From positions 14,137 to 78,136 of IMG/VR virus record IMGVR_UViG_3300036770_007999: a stretch of DNA of 64,000 nt; one strand, written 5' to 3'. The notes beneath the pieces were generated by a model. That model was not told the DNA's origin and searched no databases. It saw only the letters and a program-made list of their open reading frames with translations. The stretch is from a virus. The stretch's first letter is position 1. The number at the start of each line of letters is the position of its first letter. The position numbers and the translations under genes were made by a program. Positions 31,001 to 39,097 of this stretch are shown here, in pieces.

Positions 31001-34000
31001 TGTGAAGCCATATTGACCACCTTGGAATGGTTCGGCATCTACCAGGGTCTGCACCAGGGAAAACTGATTGGTTTCGATCACCAGAGTATCACCCACAGCA
31101 ATGTCTGTGTCCAGTGTGACTGTGTTGCCGGCGATGCTGAATGTGCCTCCAATGTTGTCCTGTTCATTGAGCAGGAACTCCCCATTGAGTTTGACATTGA
31201 TGGGGGCGCCAGGTAACGAAAGGCTCTGTACCGTGGTATAACTTAAAGTAGCCGCATTGGTTATCTGGAAAGCCTGCACAGATCGATCGAACACATAGAC
31301 CTTGCCTTCTTGGGAATCGGAACCAGGGGTGCCGATCAAGACCTGGCGTCCATCGGTAGTGGTGCTAACACTATGACCAAATCTGGCATCGGCTGCCAGG
31401 CCCGGCACAATAATCTCGGCTACTGGTTGCCAATAGTCAGTGGCCCGCACACGGATCTCTGTGCCCGAGGCCGGTGCTGTCACGAATGTGAGATCCAGTG
31501 AACTGCCCTCACCAAAGTCATAGTCATATTTGGGGCGCTGTATCACATTGTCCACATACACGGAAATGCTGTTGACCGATGTGGCGGAATATATGTTGTC
31601 CAAGGGAAAAACCAGGGTGGATCCATCACCGGTAAACGTGGCTGCAGAACGACGCGTAATGGCCACAGTCTGTCCTGCAGTGGGTGTAACGAGCAGCACT
31701 ACCGATGTGGCGTTGACCACGTAGTCCGTATTCAAAGTCTGTAACACATTGCCCACTACCACTGCCAACTGTGCACTGGTATCCACCACGACATGGTCCA
31801 CATAGTTGAAACTTGCAGTGGTACCATCGGCCACATACTCCACTGATTGCTGTTGCACATCTATGCGTCCATAGGCGTAGACACGGTTGCCTCCGGGAGC
31901 ACCAATGTACATCCAGCGTTCGTCATTGCTGACAGTAACGCTGTATCCAAATTCGTCTGCGACTGTGATCTTTTCGTCCTGCGGTATCACCAAGATCTGA
32001 TGCTTCACAAAGGCGTTAGACGTGGGTGGGTTGAATATCACCAAGGCATAACCATGATTGCTCAGGCTTTCCGGTGCACCAATCACGGCCCAGGTCTGGT
32101 CGCCCATGTCCATGCTAGAGCCAAAGCCTGCAGTGCCGGTGGTCAGCAGTTCGATGATGATGTTTTCAGAGTAAGCTTGTCCGGCAGTTTTCACATATGA
32201 GTAGACCACTCCGCCCGGCAACACACCCGGTGCACCCACCATGGCAGCAAGATTCTGGAAGCCTTGTGTTACCGCGGTGCCAAATCTGGCATTCTCGATC
32301 TGGATTTCTGGTTCGATCACCGTGGCCGGGGCAAAAGGATTGGTTTTTTCCAGCACGGTCCACAGGTCTTGACCGTTATTGTCCACCCACACTCGCGATC
32401 CTGATGACAGTTCACGGCTGTAAGATAGGTTCACCACGTCGCTGGCCTGGGCCACACGTGCGGTATCCAGCGAGAATCCTACTCCGGATCCGGTTACTTC
32501 GGTCTGGCTGCCTAAGAAAACCAGGTTGATCAAGACTGACTGGAGACCAGGTACAGCGGCCACACGATAGGTGCCGTCAATGGTAACATTGAAAAACTTG
32601 ATAATGAGATAATCATTCACGCGAAGATTGTGTTGCCGCGAGAACTCTACCAATGCTCTGCCATCAAGGTTGTCTGACACAGACAGTATACGACCGGGCA
32701 CTTCACGCACACGATACACGTTCCAATCATGGGGGTTGCTCTTGGCCACCCATATTGTATTGCCCAGGGCCAAGTCTTGGATTTCTTGGTCAAGGCTGGC
32801 AGCAACAGCCACAGGATTTTCCAGATCAAACACTGTGTAATCTACGTCGTCAAGATTCACATAGCCAGCGGTGGGCAGGCTGTTTTCCGTCACGGGTGTG
32901 ACTGTGGTAGGCAGCACATCAGGACTGGTAAGTCGTTGGCTGCTTTTCCAGATGTTCTGCAGCAGCACTGTCTGATCTGCTTCGCTGGATTGATCTGGTT
33001 GGATGATCTGGATCAGGCTGGGATCGCTGCGCAACAGGCTCTGATCCAGCAACAGTTCCACATAGTTGCGATTGGCAGTGGCTCCATAGGTGGCTTTCTG
33101 CATGGCCCACAGTTCAAATATGTCATACTGTGCTGTTTCTTTGCCGAGATCTGCAAAACTGAACAGTTCTGCGGCCTGGCGTGTACCTTTGGTGCCCAGG
33201 AACTGCTGATAGAGATTGACCTGGCTCACATCATCCAAGTTCAAGGCCTGCATGTATTCGCGTGGTCTGAATCCAATCAAGCCATAACTGAATAGATCTA
33301 CTTCAGTTTCTAGATTGGCATTGTACACGCTGTAGGCCGTGGCCAATTGATCGCTGGCATTGGCGGAGTTGGGCAACAGACCTTTCTGTATGTCGTCGTA
33401 GTCACTCTTTATCCATTCTGCGTAGTTGAATTCCTGTGAAGGCTGTATGATCCGGCTGGCCGACCAGTATTCATTCTTGAACAGCACGATTTCGCCCTTG
33501 GCATACACACGATTTGGATCCCATTCTACGATGTTGTCTTCGTTGATCACGAAGCCAGGAGCATCCACTGTGCCGTTCCAGTCGCCGGAAATCCAACCTG
33601 ACACCAGCACACGATTCTGTCTGAGACCGGTAACGGGTTGATAGATCAAGTCAGCGAATGTGCTGACATTGTCTAGGACCACTAAATGCTCATAGGCTGT
33701 GAATCGCAGATTTAGATAATTGATGGTATTGGAACTCAGGCTGGTAGCCCGAAAGGTGTTGTCTACACGTTCGATCACGAGATCCGCTGCCGGCAAGGGC
33801 TGGCGGTTCTGATTGAGGATGAGATTTTCTGGACGCAGAGTATTGACGCTGTCTACTATGCTGAGTGGCTGCGTAACAGATACTGAGGTAGCACCTGGGT
33901 TGAGATTGATGATGGTGCCAGGTGCCCAGCCTTGACCGCTCCAGTAAAGAAACTCTTGGCACATCTGCAACCAGTTCAGAATGTAACCATTTTCTCTGGT

Positions 34001-37000
34001 GTCAAAAACAAAACCCTGCCTCTCTAACAACAATCCATAACTGTATAGGAAGTCGCACACACCTGTTGCTGTCTGGAAGGTATATCCGTAAGGCACCTGC
34101 ACAACATTATCTGAATGGTCCAGCGCGATGCGCACTGTGGTACCACCGGCTGTGATCGGTATGTTGTTGCCATTGGGTCGGCTGGCCAAAATCTCAAAAT
34201 AAGGTCTTGCAGTGCTATAACCATAGACCTGCCAACCCGTATCTGTGGCCTGTACCACTACGCTGCTGAACACACTCTGATTGAATGGTTGATTCTTGTA
34301 CAGCAAGATCTGGTAACTTTCATCCGGTAACAGCAGGCTGGTGTTGAGACTGTTGGGGGTAGAACGCTCAGTGAAGATCTTGAGATAGCGTTTGTCCGTG
34401 AAACCACCCACACGCCAACACAGGCGCATATCAGTATTGGCCAGCGTGGTCTCTAGCAGATCAGTGCTGTTGGCACCCAACTGTCTATTGTAATCAATGA
34501 TCCAATCTATGTAACTGGCCCGGCTGACACCATTGCCGTATAGAGGCGCTATCTGTTTGCTGTCCAGACGATACCTGCCATCCCACACATACTGATCTAG
34601 ATTTGCATCAAATTTGTAACGATCACGATCCACAAACAGACCAAAGAATTTGGCAGGCTTGGTCAGAGCCAACAGCCGCATCACAGCAAAAGGCCATGCG
34701 GAGGACGACCGCCAAACATTTTCTACTGGACCGTCGTCACCAAAGGTCCAGGATCGGCGGAAACTGGTGGTATCATAGTTGCCAGTGGTTACTTCGATGG
34801 GCGGCAACAATTCACCTTCAGATCCTGCAGGAATCACACTGAGCAGATCAGGTCTTGCATACTGTGGCAGGATGTATTCACCGGCGGGATCTCGCACCAG
34901 GCCTTGGGCAAGATCTTCCCATAGCACCAAGTTGCCCGATGTATAAGGAGCCGGGCCATAGTAATCCGACCACCATGCAGGTTCTTGGCTGAATCCCAAC
35001 ATCTCCCAGGGTTGGGTATTTGGTGCTGTAGTATCATAGAAAAAGTTATAGATACCTCGCCATGCACCCAACAAGGGCTGACGGTTCAATTTGTTAGCAC
35101 TCTGGCTGTAATTCCAAGTGAATCCATCTTGTGCGAGATAGGTCTGGCTGGTGTAATCCAACTTGTTCCAGCCCACCCAACTCAGGAAGTCCGGCGCCAG
35201 GATTTCTGTGATTTCTGCCAAGGTATAATCGGTGGTGCGGAACTGTCCTGGAATCACCTCTGCCTCGCTCAGTGGTATCTCGCTCACGATCTTGATGTTG
35301 TTGAAGATCCTGGTCTCAAATTCCAACAGGACATCATCGCGATAATCTCCGAAGGCCACGGTGATGGAGCCGTCATGTCCTCGGATCACCAGGGTGGGTT
35401 CAAGATAGGTAGTGTCAAGGTACATCTCGGGACGATAAGCAGGATACAGACCCATCTTGCTGGGTGTGTTGGGCACGAAACTGCCGTAGGTAGCAGAGAA
35501 CTCGCGGATCTCGATCTGATCACCCACGGCCAATGGCACAGATATATCTATGGTGGCGCTGTCTATGCCGACCGTGTATTCGTATCCGCGCACCAGGATG
35601 CGACCATTGAGATACACGTTCATGCCTTTGTAATTGCTGCTGGTATAATCGTAGGTTTGTACTGTATCAAACACTGATGTGCTGATAGGACTGTACACAT
35701 ACACTGTGCTGGTGTAATTTTCTCCAGACGGCATCATGTCTGACCAATAGAATGGGCTTACATTATTGCGTCCCAGACCCATCTGGATTATGACATCATC
35801 CAAGACCTGGGTAGGTGTGGAGTTGATGAAATCGCCCTGTGCTGCCAGATTCATCATGCGTGCTTTGAATTTCTGATATTCACGACTGTTGAATTCTATG
35901 GCAGCCACTACTTCAAACTGTGGTTGGCGCAGGAAGGTACCGGCCAAGCTCAAGGGCGCGCTGTGCTGCACGATGTTGTCGCCATAGATCAGGATGTTTC
36001 CTAGATCTCTGGTGTTGTTGGCACCGTCAATGGGGCCCTGGATGTTGCGCAGATTCTGCCCGATACTCTGGTAATGATTGCGTATGCTGCCTAGAGTAAA
36101 TGCGGCAGCATCTTGGTTGATGGCATTGTTTTCGAGGTTTAACGGCACCTGATAGAAGGCAACTGCGCTGGCCCGATTGCTGATGGCCTGCACTTCAATA
36201 ATGGTGCCTACGGCCGGTGGTGATGATAGGTCGATCACAGTGCTCTGCCCCACAATGCTGTAGGCATAATCCGTGGGATCGATGAATTCGGTACCCAGGA
36301 AAATCTGCAGAGGAGCAAACACTGAGGTTTCGTCAATGGGCACATCCAGCACCAGAGGTTCATCATCCCAGACAAAACGGAACACCTGGCGGCTGCGATT
36401 TTGTTGCGCAGCGGGCTGCCAACCTATGAGATCCGAGAAGGTCACACGATCGATGTATTGACGCACAAATCCTGTGCTTACAGGTTCTGTAACGCTGACC
36501 GCATCTCTCACATACAGGAATGTGTCTGTGTAGAGATAGTTGTCAAACAGGATGTCGCCTACGTTGTTGAAGTTTAAGAAACGCAGAGCAAAGCCCAGGA
36601 CCTGATCGGTGATCTGTGTCTCGCCCACGGCATATCCAAACAGCCGGCTGCCTGCAAAGGTAGTGCTGGGATAAACAGCACTGTCGCCCAGGCTGTGACC
36701 TTGCGAATCATAAACATCGAACAAGGGAGTCTGGTTCACAGATGTCTTCTGTTGCGATGGTATCCAGTTCACACCATCAAACCAAAAACTGAGACCTTGT
36801 TGGGTGTTGCCGCTGAGACATACCACAGTCTGATTGATCAGAGCCTGTCCCAGGGGTGCTTCAGTGAGATTGATGATAGGAATAGAATTAGGATCACCGT
36901 CGGGATCGATAAACTCTACCTGGTAAATTTTGTTACGCACATCTGGATCTATATCAGCCGCAAAGATAACACGGCTGCCCGTAAGCAAGGTATATCCGTC

Positions 37001-39097
37001 AGTGCTAAATCCTGTCTGACCATTGATATCACTGAATGCATCTGTAGCAGAGAAATCAATGATATCCACGGGCTGTTTACCTTGGGTGCCAAAGTTGAAC
37101 AGGCGCAGATTAGCACGGAATTCGATGATGGGCCTCTTGCCTCGGGCACGTTCATTGAACACAGCGATCTGGTTGTTGTAATCTGCTGTGGCCTGTATCA
37201 CGTCGCGATGGAACCAACGATTTGATCTGCTCCAGGCGTTGCGATCCTGCGCAGCCCGGTTTATAGTAATATAGTCAGGCACCTCCGGAGCATTCAACGT
37301 CTCATCAAAAGGTGTACTGTCATATCCGTTACTGTCAAAGGGCGTGGTACGGCTCTCAGTGTAGGTCTCTGGTGTTACAAAGTCAGACACCGGAATCAAT
37401 CTGATACCGTTGCCCAAGGTAGCGTTCAGCACGCCTTCAACAGGCAATGGTGCTCCTGCAGGACCGCCGGCTCCACGATTGGCCAGACTTTCTGCTATTG
37501 TGTCATAGATAAATTGATGAAAAGTGTCTGGAGTGTGCGATGCACCAGTCATCTTCTGACCTTCGTGTACATGGAAAGCGCCGAAGTATGCTTCACCGTC
37601 TATGAAACCCACACGGCTATCTATGCCCGGGCCGGTGCCCACGCCCTCTACATAATATTCGAGATTTTGAAACTCGGCTGGTTCTGTGAGTCCGCGGAAC
37701 TGTACCTTGAGGCCGTTGGTAAACGCGACCCCATTGGGGCTGATGTAGTTCTTAGCACCGATGATGTCGTCGATGCTGATGGGATTGTTTTCGCTCTGAT
37801 CCACCAACTGTATGCGGCCGAATATGGCAGGATCGGTGCCATCCTGGTAGTACAGCGTGTCAAGCACCGCGGTAAGCAAAGGTATCTGCTCAAAAAATCC
37901 CGAAGCATTCTTGAACCACTGGGTACTGGCATATTGTTCGCCAAACCGTATGCGAAACTTGGTAAGGTTAGGTACGGTGCGAATGCTGGCCAGTTGTATG
38001 TAAAAATTTCCGTCATTGTCAGGAATGTAATTGATCTGCCACACCGAGTAACGCTGTGCCTGTGTCGTGATGTCAGTGGTCTGATCAAATAGCGTGGTAT
38101 CATAACTGCCGATCAATCCGTTGGTAACGATTTCTGGAGGGTTATCTGGCAACAACGGATCAAACTGTGATGTAATCTGCCAACCGCCGTCCTGTGCATT
38201 GATGATCTGGTTGGTAAAGATCACAGTACGGCCATTGAGATTGGTTATACCGTCTATGCCATTGGGATTGGCGGATAGGAATTGATCCACATACACATTA
38301 TTGATCTGATTGAATTTCAAACCAGTCACAAGATCTACAGGAGCCAGTTCGGTGAGTCCAAAATAGAAATCCTGGGCGCTCTTCAATGGCACATTGAAGG
38401 TCACTGTGCCTAGATCTTCTCCGTTGTTGATCACTCCCAGCACATCTCTGCTGGAGATATTAGGAGTAGACGGAATGCGTCCATCTACACCTGGATTGGT
38501 CTGTATCCAGAATCCGTGACCAGGTTGGTTGACTTGGAATGTGTAATTGCCGCCACGAACCAGGGTGATTATGGGATTGTTGCCCGCTTCATCACTGAAC
38601 TGATATGCACCCTGACTGCGAGTTATCTCCCAAGCATCGGTGGTGGGGTAAACTGTGCTACCCACATCTACAGAGTCTGGGCCCTGTGGCAACCAGAAAT
38701 ACTGGCTGTAGTTGGTAAATTTATCAAGATCACAGAACGGATCCCAACTGTAGAATTCGCTCTGCCACAGTCGATCCTGGCGTTCAGTGTCAGCGCCCTG
38801 TAGATCCAAAGCATCCAACATGCCCGGATACGTGATAGCATCGCGTGCTCGGTTAGTATCCGGAGCAAAAAACACCACTCCTGGTTCTAACTGATATTCT
38901 GCTCTGGTTTCGGTAGGTTCTGTGACATAATTGTCAGCCGGATTCACCCCCGGGCCTACGCGGCGCCCTACAAATCCTTGGGTGCGTTTGAGATTGGGTT
39001 CCTGTGTGAGTTGATCCAGGGTAGCAGACAGGAACTGCTTGTTGGTGGACGTGCGAAAGATCTCTGGTAGTAGATCTACTGTTCTGCGGCGGGCCAT
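25004..39097 (-). CDS. Giant 4697-aa baseplate/tail structural protein with FG-GAP-like, Ig-like and carbohydrate-binding-like repeats
   Basis: Uninterrupted 14-kb ORF next to the gp6-like gene; FGxS..IGAP repeats; (G/A)DGSTxxF..DY..TAP repeats; W.PN..Y..G..V....W.A modules. Confidence 0.8.
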   Translation of the reverse strand: MARRRTVDLLPEIFRTSTNKQFLSATLDQLTQEPNLKRTQGFVGRRVGPGVNPADNYVTEPTETRAEYQLEPGVVFFAPDTNRARDAITYPGMLDALDLQGADTERQDRLWQSEFYSWDPFCDLDKFTNYSQYFWLPQGPDSVDVGSTVYPTTDAWEITRSQGAYQFSDEAGNNPIITLVRGGNYTFQVNQPGHGFWIQTNPGVDGRIPSTPNISSRDVLGVINNGEDLGTVTFNVPLKSAQDFYFGLTELAPVDLVTGLKFNQINNVYVDQFLSANPNGIDGITNLNGRTVIFTNQIINAQDGGWQITSQFDPLLPDNPPEIVTNGLIGSYDTTLFDQTTDITTQAQRYSVWQINYIPDNDGNFYIQLASIRTVPNLTKFRIRFGEQYASTQWFKNASGFFEQIPLLTAVLDTLYYQDGTDPAIFGRIQLVDQSENNPISIDDIIGAKNYISPNGVAFTNGLKVQFRGLTEPAEFQNLEYYVEGVGTGPGIDSRVGFIDGEAYFGAFHVHEGQKMTGASHTPDTFHQFIYDTIAESLANRGAGGPAGAPLPVEGVLNATLGNGIRLIPVSDFVTPETYTESRTTPFDSNGYDSTPFDETLNAPEVPDYITINRAAQDRNAWSRSNRWFHRDVIQATADYNNQIAVFNERARGKRPIIEFRANLRLFNFGTQGKQPVDIIDFSATDAFSDINGQTGFSTDGYTLLTGSRVIFAADIDPDVRNKIYQVEFIDPDGDPNSIPIINLTEAPLGQALINQTVVCLSGNTQQGLSFWFDGVNWIPSQQKTSVNQTPLFDVYDSQGHSLGDSAVYPSTTFAGSRLFGYAVGETQITDQVLGFALRFLNFNNVGDILFDNYLYTDTFLYVRDAVSVTEPVSTGFVRQYIDRVTFSDLIGWQPAAQQNRSRQVFRFVWDDEPLVLDVPIDETSVFAPLQIFLGTEFIDPTDYAYSIVGQSTVIDLSSPPAVGTIIEVQAISNRASAVAFYQVPLNLENNAINQDAAAFTLGSIRNHYQSIGQNLRNIQGPIDGANNTRDLGNILIYGDNIVQHSAPLSLAGTFLRQPQFEVVAAIEFNSREYQKFKARMMNLAAQGDFINSTPTQVLDDVIIQMGLGRNNVSPFYWSDMMPSGENYTSTVYVYSPISTSVFDTVQTYDYTSSNYKGMNVYLNGRILVRGYEYTVGIDSATIDISVPLAVGDQIEIREFSATYGSFVPNTPSKMGLYPAYRPEMYLDTTYLEPTLVIRGHDGSITVAFGDYRDDVLLEFETRIFNNIKIVSEIPLSEAEVIPGQFRTTDYTLAEITEILAPDFLSWVGWNKLDYTSQTYLAQDGFTWNYSQSANKLNRQPLLGAWRGIYNFFYDTTAPNTQPWEMLGFSQEPAWWSDYYGPAPYTSGNLVLWEDLAQGLVRDPAGEYILPQYARPDLLSVIPAGSEGELLPPIEVTTGNYDTTSFRRSWTFGDDGPVENVWRSSSAWPFAVMRLLALTKPAKFFGLFVDRDRYKFDANLDQYVWDGRYRLDSKQIAPLYGNGVSRASYIDWIIDYNRQLGANSTDLLETTLANTDMRLCWRVGGFTDKRYLKIFTERSTPNSLNTSLLLPDESYQILLYKNQPFNQSVFSSVVVQATDTGWQVYGYSTARPYFEILASRPNGNNIPITAGGTTVRIALDHSDNVVQVPYGYTFQTATGVCDFLYSYGLLLERQGFVFDTRENGYILNWLQMCQEFLYWSGQGWAPGTIINLNPGATSVSVTQPLSIVDSVNTLRPENLILNQNRQPLPAADLVIERVDNTFRATSLSSNTINYLNLRFTAYEHLVVLDNVSTFADLIYQPVTGLRQNRVLVSGWISGDWNGTVDAPGFVINEDNIVEWDPNRVYAKGEIVLFKNEYWSASRIIQPSQEFNYAEWIKSDYDDIQKGLLPNSANASDQLATAYSVYNANLETEVDLFSYGLIGFRPREYMQALNLDDVSQVNLYQQFLGTKGTRQAAELFSFADLGKETAQYDIFELWAMQKATYGATANRNYVELLLDQSLLRSDPSLIQIIQPDQSSEADQTVLLQNIWKSSQRLTSPDVLPTTVTPVTENSLPTAGYVNLDDVDYTVFDLENPVAVAASLDQEIQDLALGNTIWVAKSNPHDWNVYRVREVPGRILSVSDNLDGRALVEFSRQHNLRVNDYLIIKFFNVTIDGTYRVAAVPGLQSVLINLVFLGSQTEVTGSGVGFSLDTARVAQASDVVNLSYSRELSSGSRVWVDNNGQDLWTVLEKTNPFAPATVIEPEIQIENARFGTAVTQGFQNLAAMVGAPGVLPGGVVYSYVKTAGQAYSENIIIELLTTGTAGFGSSMDMGDQTWAVIGAPESLSNHGYALVIFNPPTSNAFVKHQILVIPQDEKITVADEFGYSVTVSNDERWMYIGAPGGNRVYAYGRIDVQQQSVEYVADGTTASFNYVDHVVVDTSAQLAVVVGNVLQTLNTDYVVNATSVVLLVTPTAGQTVAITRRSAATFTGDGSTLVFPLDNIYSATSVNSISVYVDNVIQRPKYDYDFGEGSSLDLTFVTAPASGTEIRVRATDYWQPVAEIIVPGLAADARFGHSVSTTTDGRQVLIGTPGSDSQEGKVYVFDRSVQAFQITNAATLSYTTVQSLSLPGAPINVKLNGEFLLNEQDNIGGTFSIAGNTVTLDTDIAVGDTLVIETNQFSLVQTLVDAEPFQGGQYGFTVDQCINDCSLYIGAPYDGAVLPEAGHVEYQLNQSRVYGITTSPVANPVLSPGDYLRVNDRFVVVPIVAAHNSALTYAVDDYVLLGGVSLYRARVPVPAGTAITDTDFWQATNWSAVMAQAIRDAAIPNVTVSLTQDLDYDADGITTEFSTGALYAAPAVDTYTTLVYVDNVLQSDPANYTYDPDTNTVTFVTAPLAPSKIRIIGARLVLSVTNFDAAPVLNKLRVMPGTGTVFDDLGILTYVYTQTIASPVPQSYSHFGTTVFVSDSTVDLVVGAPDGSAFNPCTFDNNTTIFDGRSTEFLDAVTQSGVVYTYDFLPAANASVNNPGQFVFGQQLYDSALSPLDQFGSAIDYTTGVLLVGAPGDDSGDSAANYGAMIEYVNATREPSWQAIRQQTPVVDVDLLNTVFMYDRFLGSSKQYFDFFDPLQGRVLGAVRQNLDYIGAIDPAAYNVGAVNNYGDAWTQARVGQIWWNTTNARFIDPNQDDIVYASRRWGQLFPGSTVEVFQWISSTVPPAQYTGPGTVRDINSYSVTSNIDAQGLFQTTYFFWVTGIRTVDRAARKTLSVDTITRYIEAPRSSGIAYIAPINASTIAIYNGLPYIQAEDTVLHVEYDQQRNQDAVHLEYQLIPQGRGDGFLTDSLYRKLQDSFCGVDIAGNLVPDPFLPPSELYGVQFRPRQSLFANRFLALENYLVAANRVMATLPLAETRRFPLLDSEEPEPAAGSGAWNKRVANDTELSYQDLAQVPVGYLYLVQSDATNDGLWTIYEVQAGTAPGSRTLALVRVQNYDTKRYWSYIDWYAPGYDPLTVIAAEVANFSDLETITVAPGSSVKVTANAQGKFEIYVFEDGVYTRVGLESGTIAISPEIWDYSIGRFGFDVEVFDAQYFDQEPVTETRRIIQAINQEIFIDDLAIERNRLLVLMFNFILSEQVAPLWLTKTSLIDVDHVIRNLQPFQIYRQDNQDFVLNYIQEVKPYHTQIREFNLIYQGNDVYDGTVTDFDVPAFWDSAQNLFISPVLDDNLDDPLSTTSSTPSTSPIWQTLPWNQWFQNYLLTIESVAVVDGGSGYTVPPQVIVTGEAETPAVLTARINSAGQVIAIDVVSPGEGYLTTALITLEGGNGTGARAVAVMGNQKIREFTTTLRYDRYQYQTTIVDWQPNVQYDNGTQVRYQDRVWSASSDDSTAVETATFDPEDWTLVDAATLSGVDRTMGFYAPTVNEPGLDLALLISGVDYPGVQVSGPNFNQNTGFDVGNYDINPFDNISIGPEGQPTYDPAILDAIYESEFTDPYLGTLPAPAYNGDPPTTGPANAITVAGGAFVDTYSSHAPEELVPGAIFDTLDFRVFTTPGGDWLGDGHGFALGQINYEYTSADADLSFADQVDMLVMVMVYNITNGVQLIEDQDYVVDWVAHTLRVISGANAGDVIAIQIYGLGGGNQIFREAYTGTQPNNTITVPVQTSLISEFAIFINGDPTDNFTFSASGNFATNIVFGQTLTVTDYVAVTALGAGSGSWSAPVQQNDIGDGSTLIFPLDNSLQGTNPVNIIVEVNGRRVRPAEGVEYIADGSSLQYYLPTRGGYDQSLIADNEVSVYLDGEPLTQGVDYQVDPDDGSTDRTITLTDLPDVGSQVLISVNHAAGYFISGTNLVFRSGSSILPLFGDVLTVTTFNDTREQNILTQVFVGPTTTGIQISEGYDTTLYDEATVSDTPGSFDFGTGSVIQTNEFDTGRDIVNASRIEVTLNGFYLFEGSGFVVEGTRVILLGTVIGPADVVAITSFTQSVVPNALAFRIFQDMRGTQGTYRITPDTTTVLAQSLAAQGDTIYVQDASRLSEPNLPQGIFGLITINGERIAYRNRDTVNNTISGLRRGTAGTGAAEHAAGTAVYDIGLGNLLPAEYQDRVVFDNFLADGTQTLFVAESIVITDLDSTELVEAVEVYVGGILQTSGYTVTGSDPVTIVFATAPDSGYQVSIRVRRSESWYRPGINTASDGVPLQETETLAARFIRGL

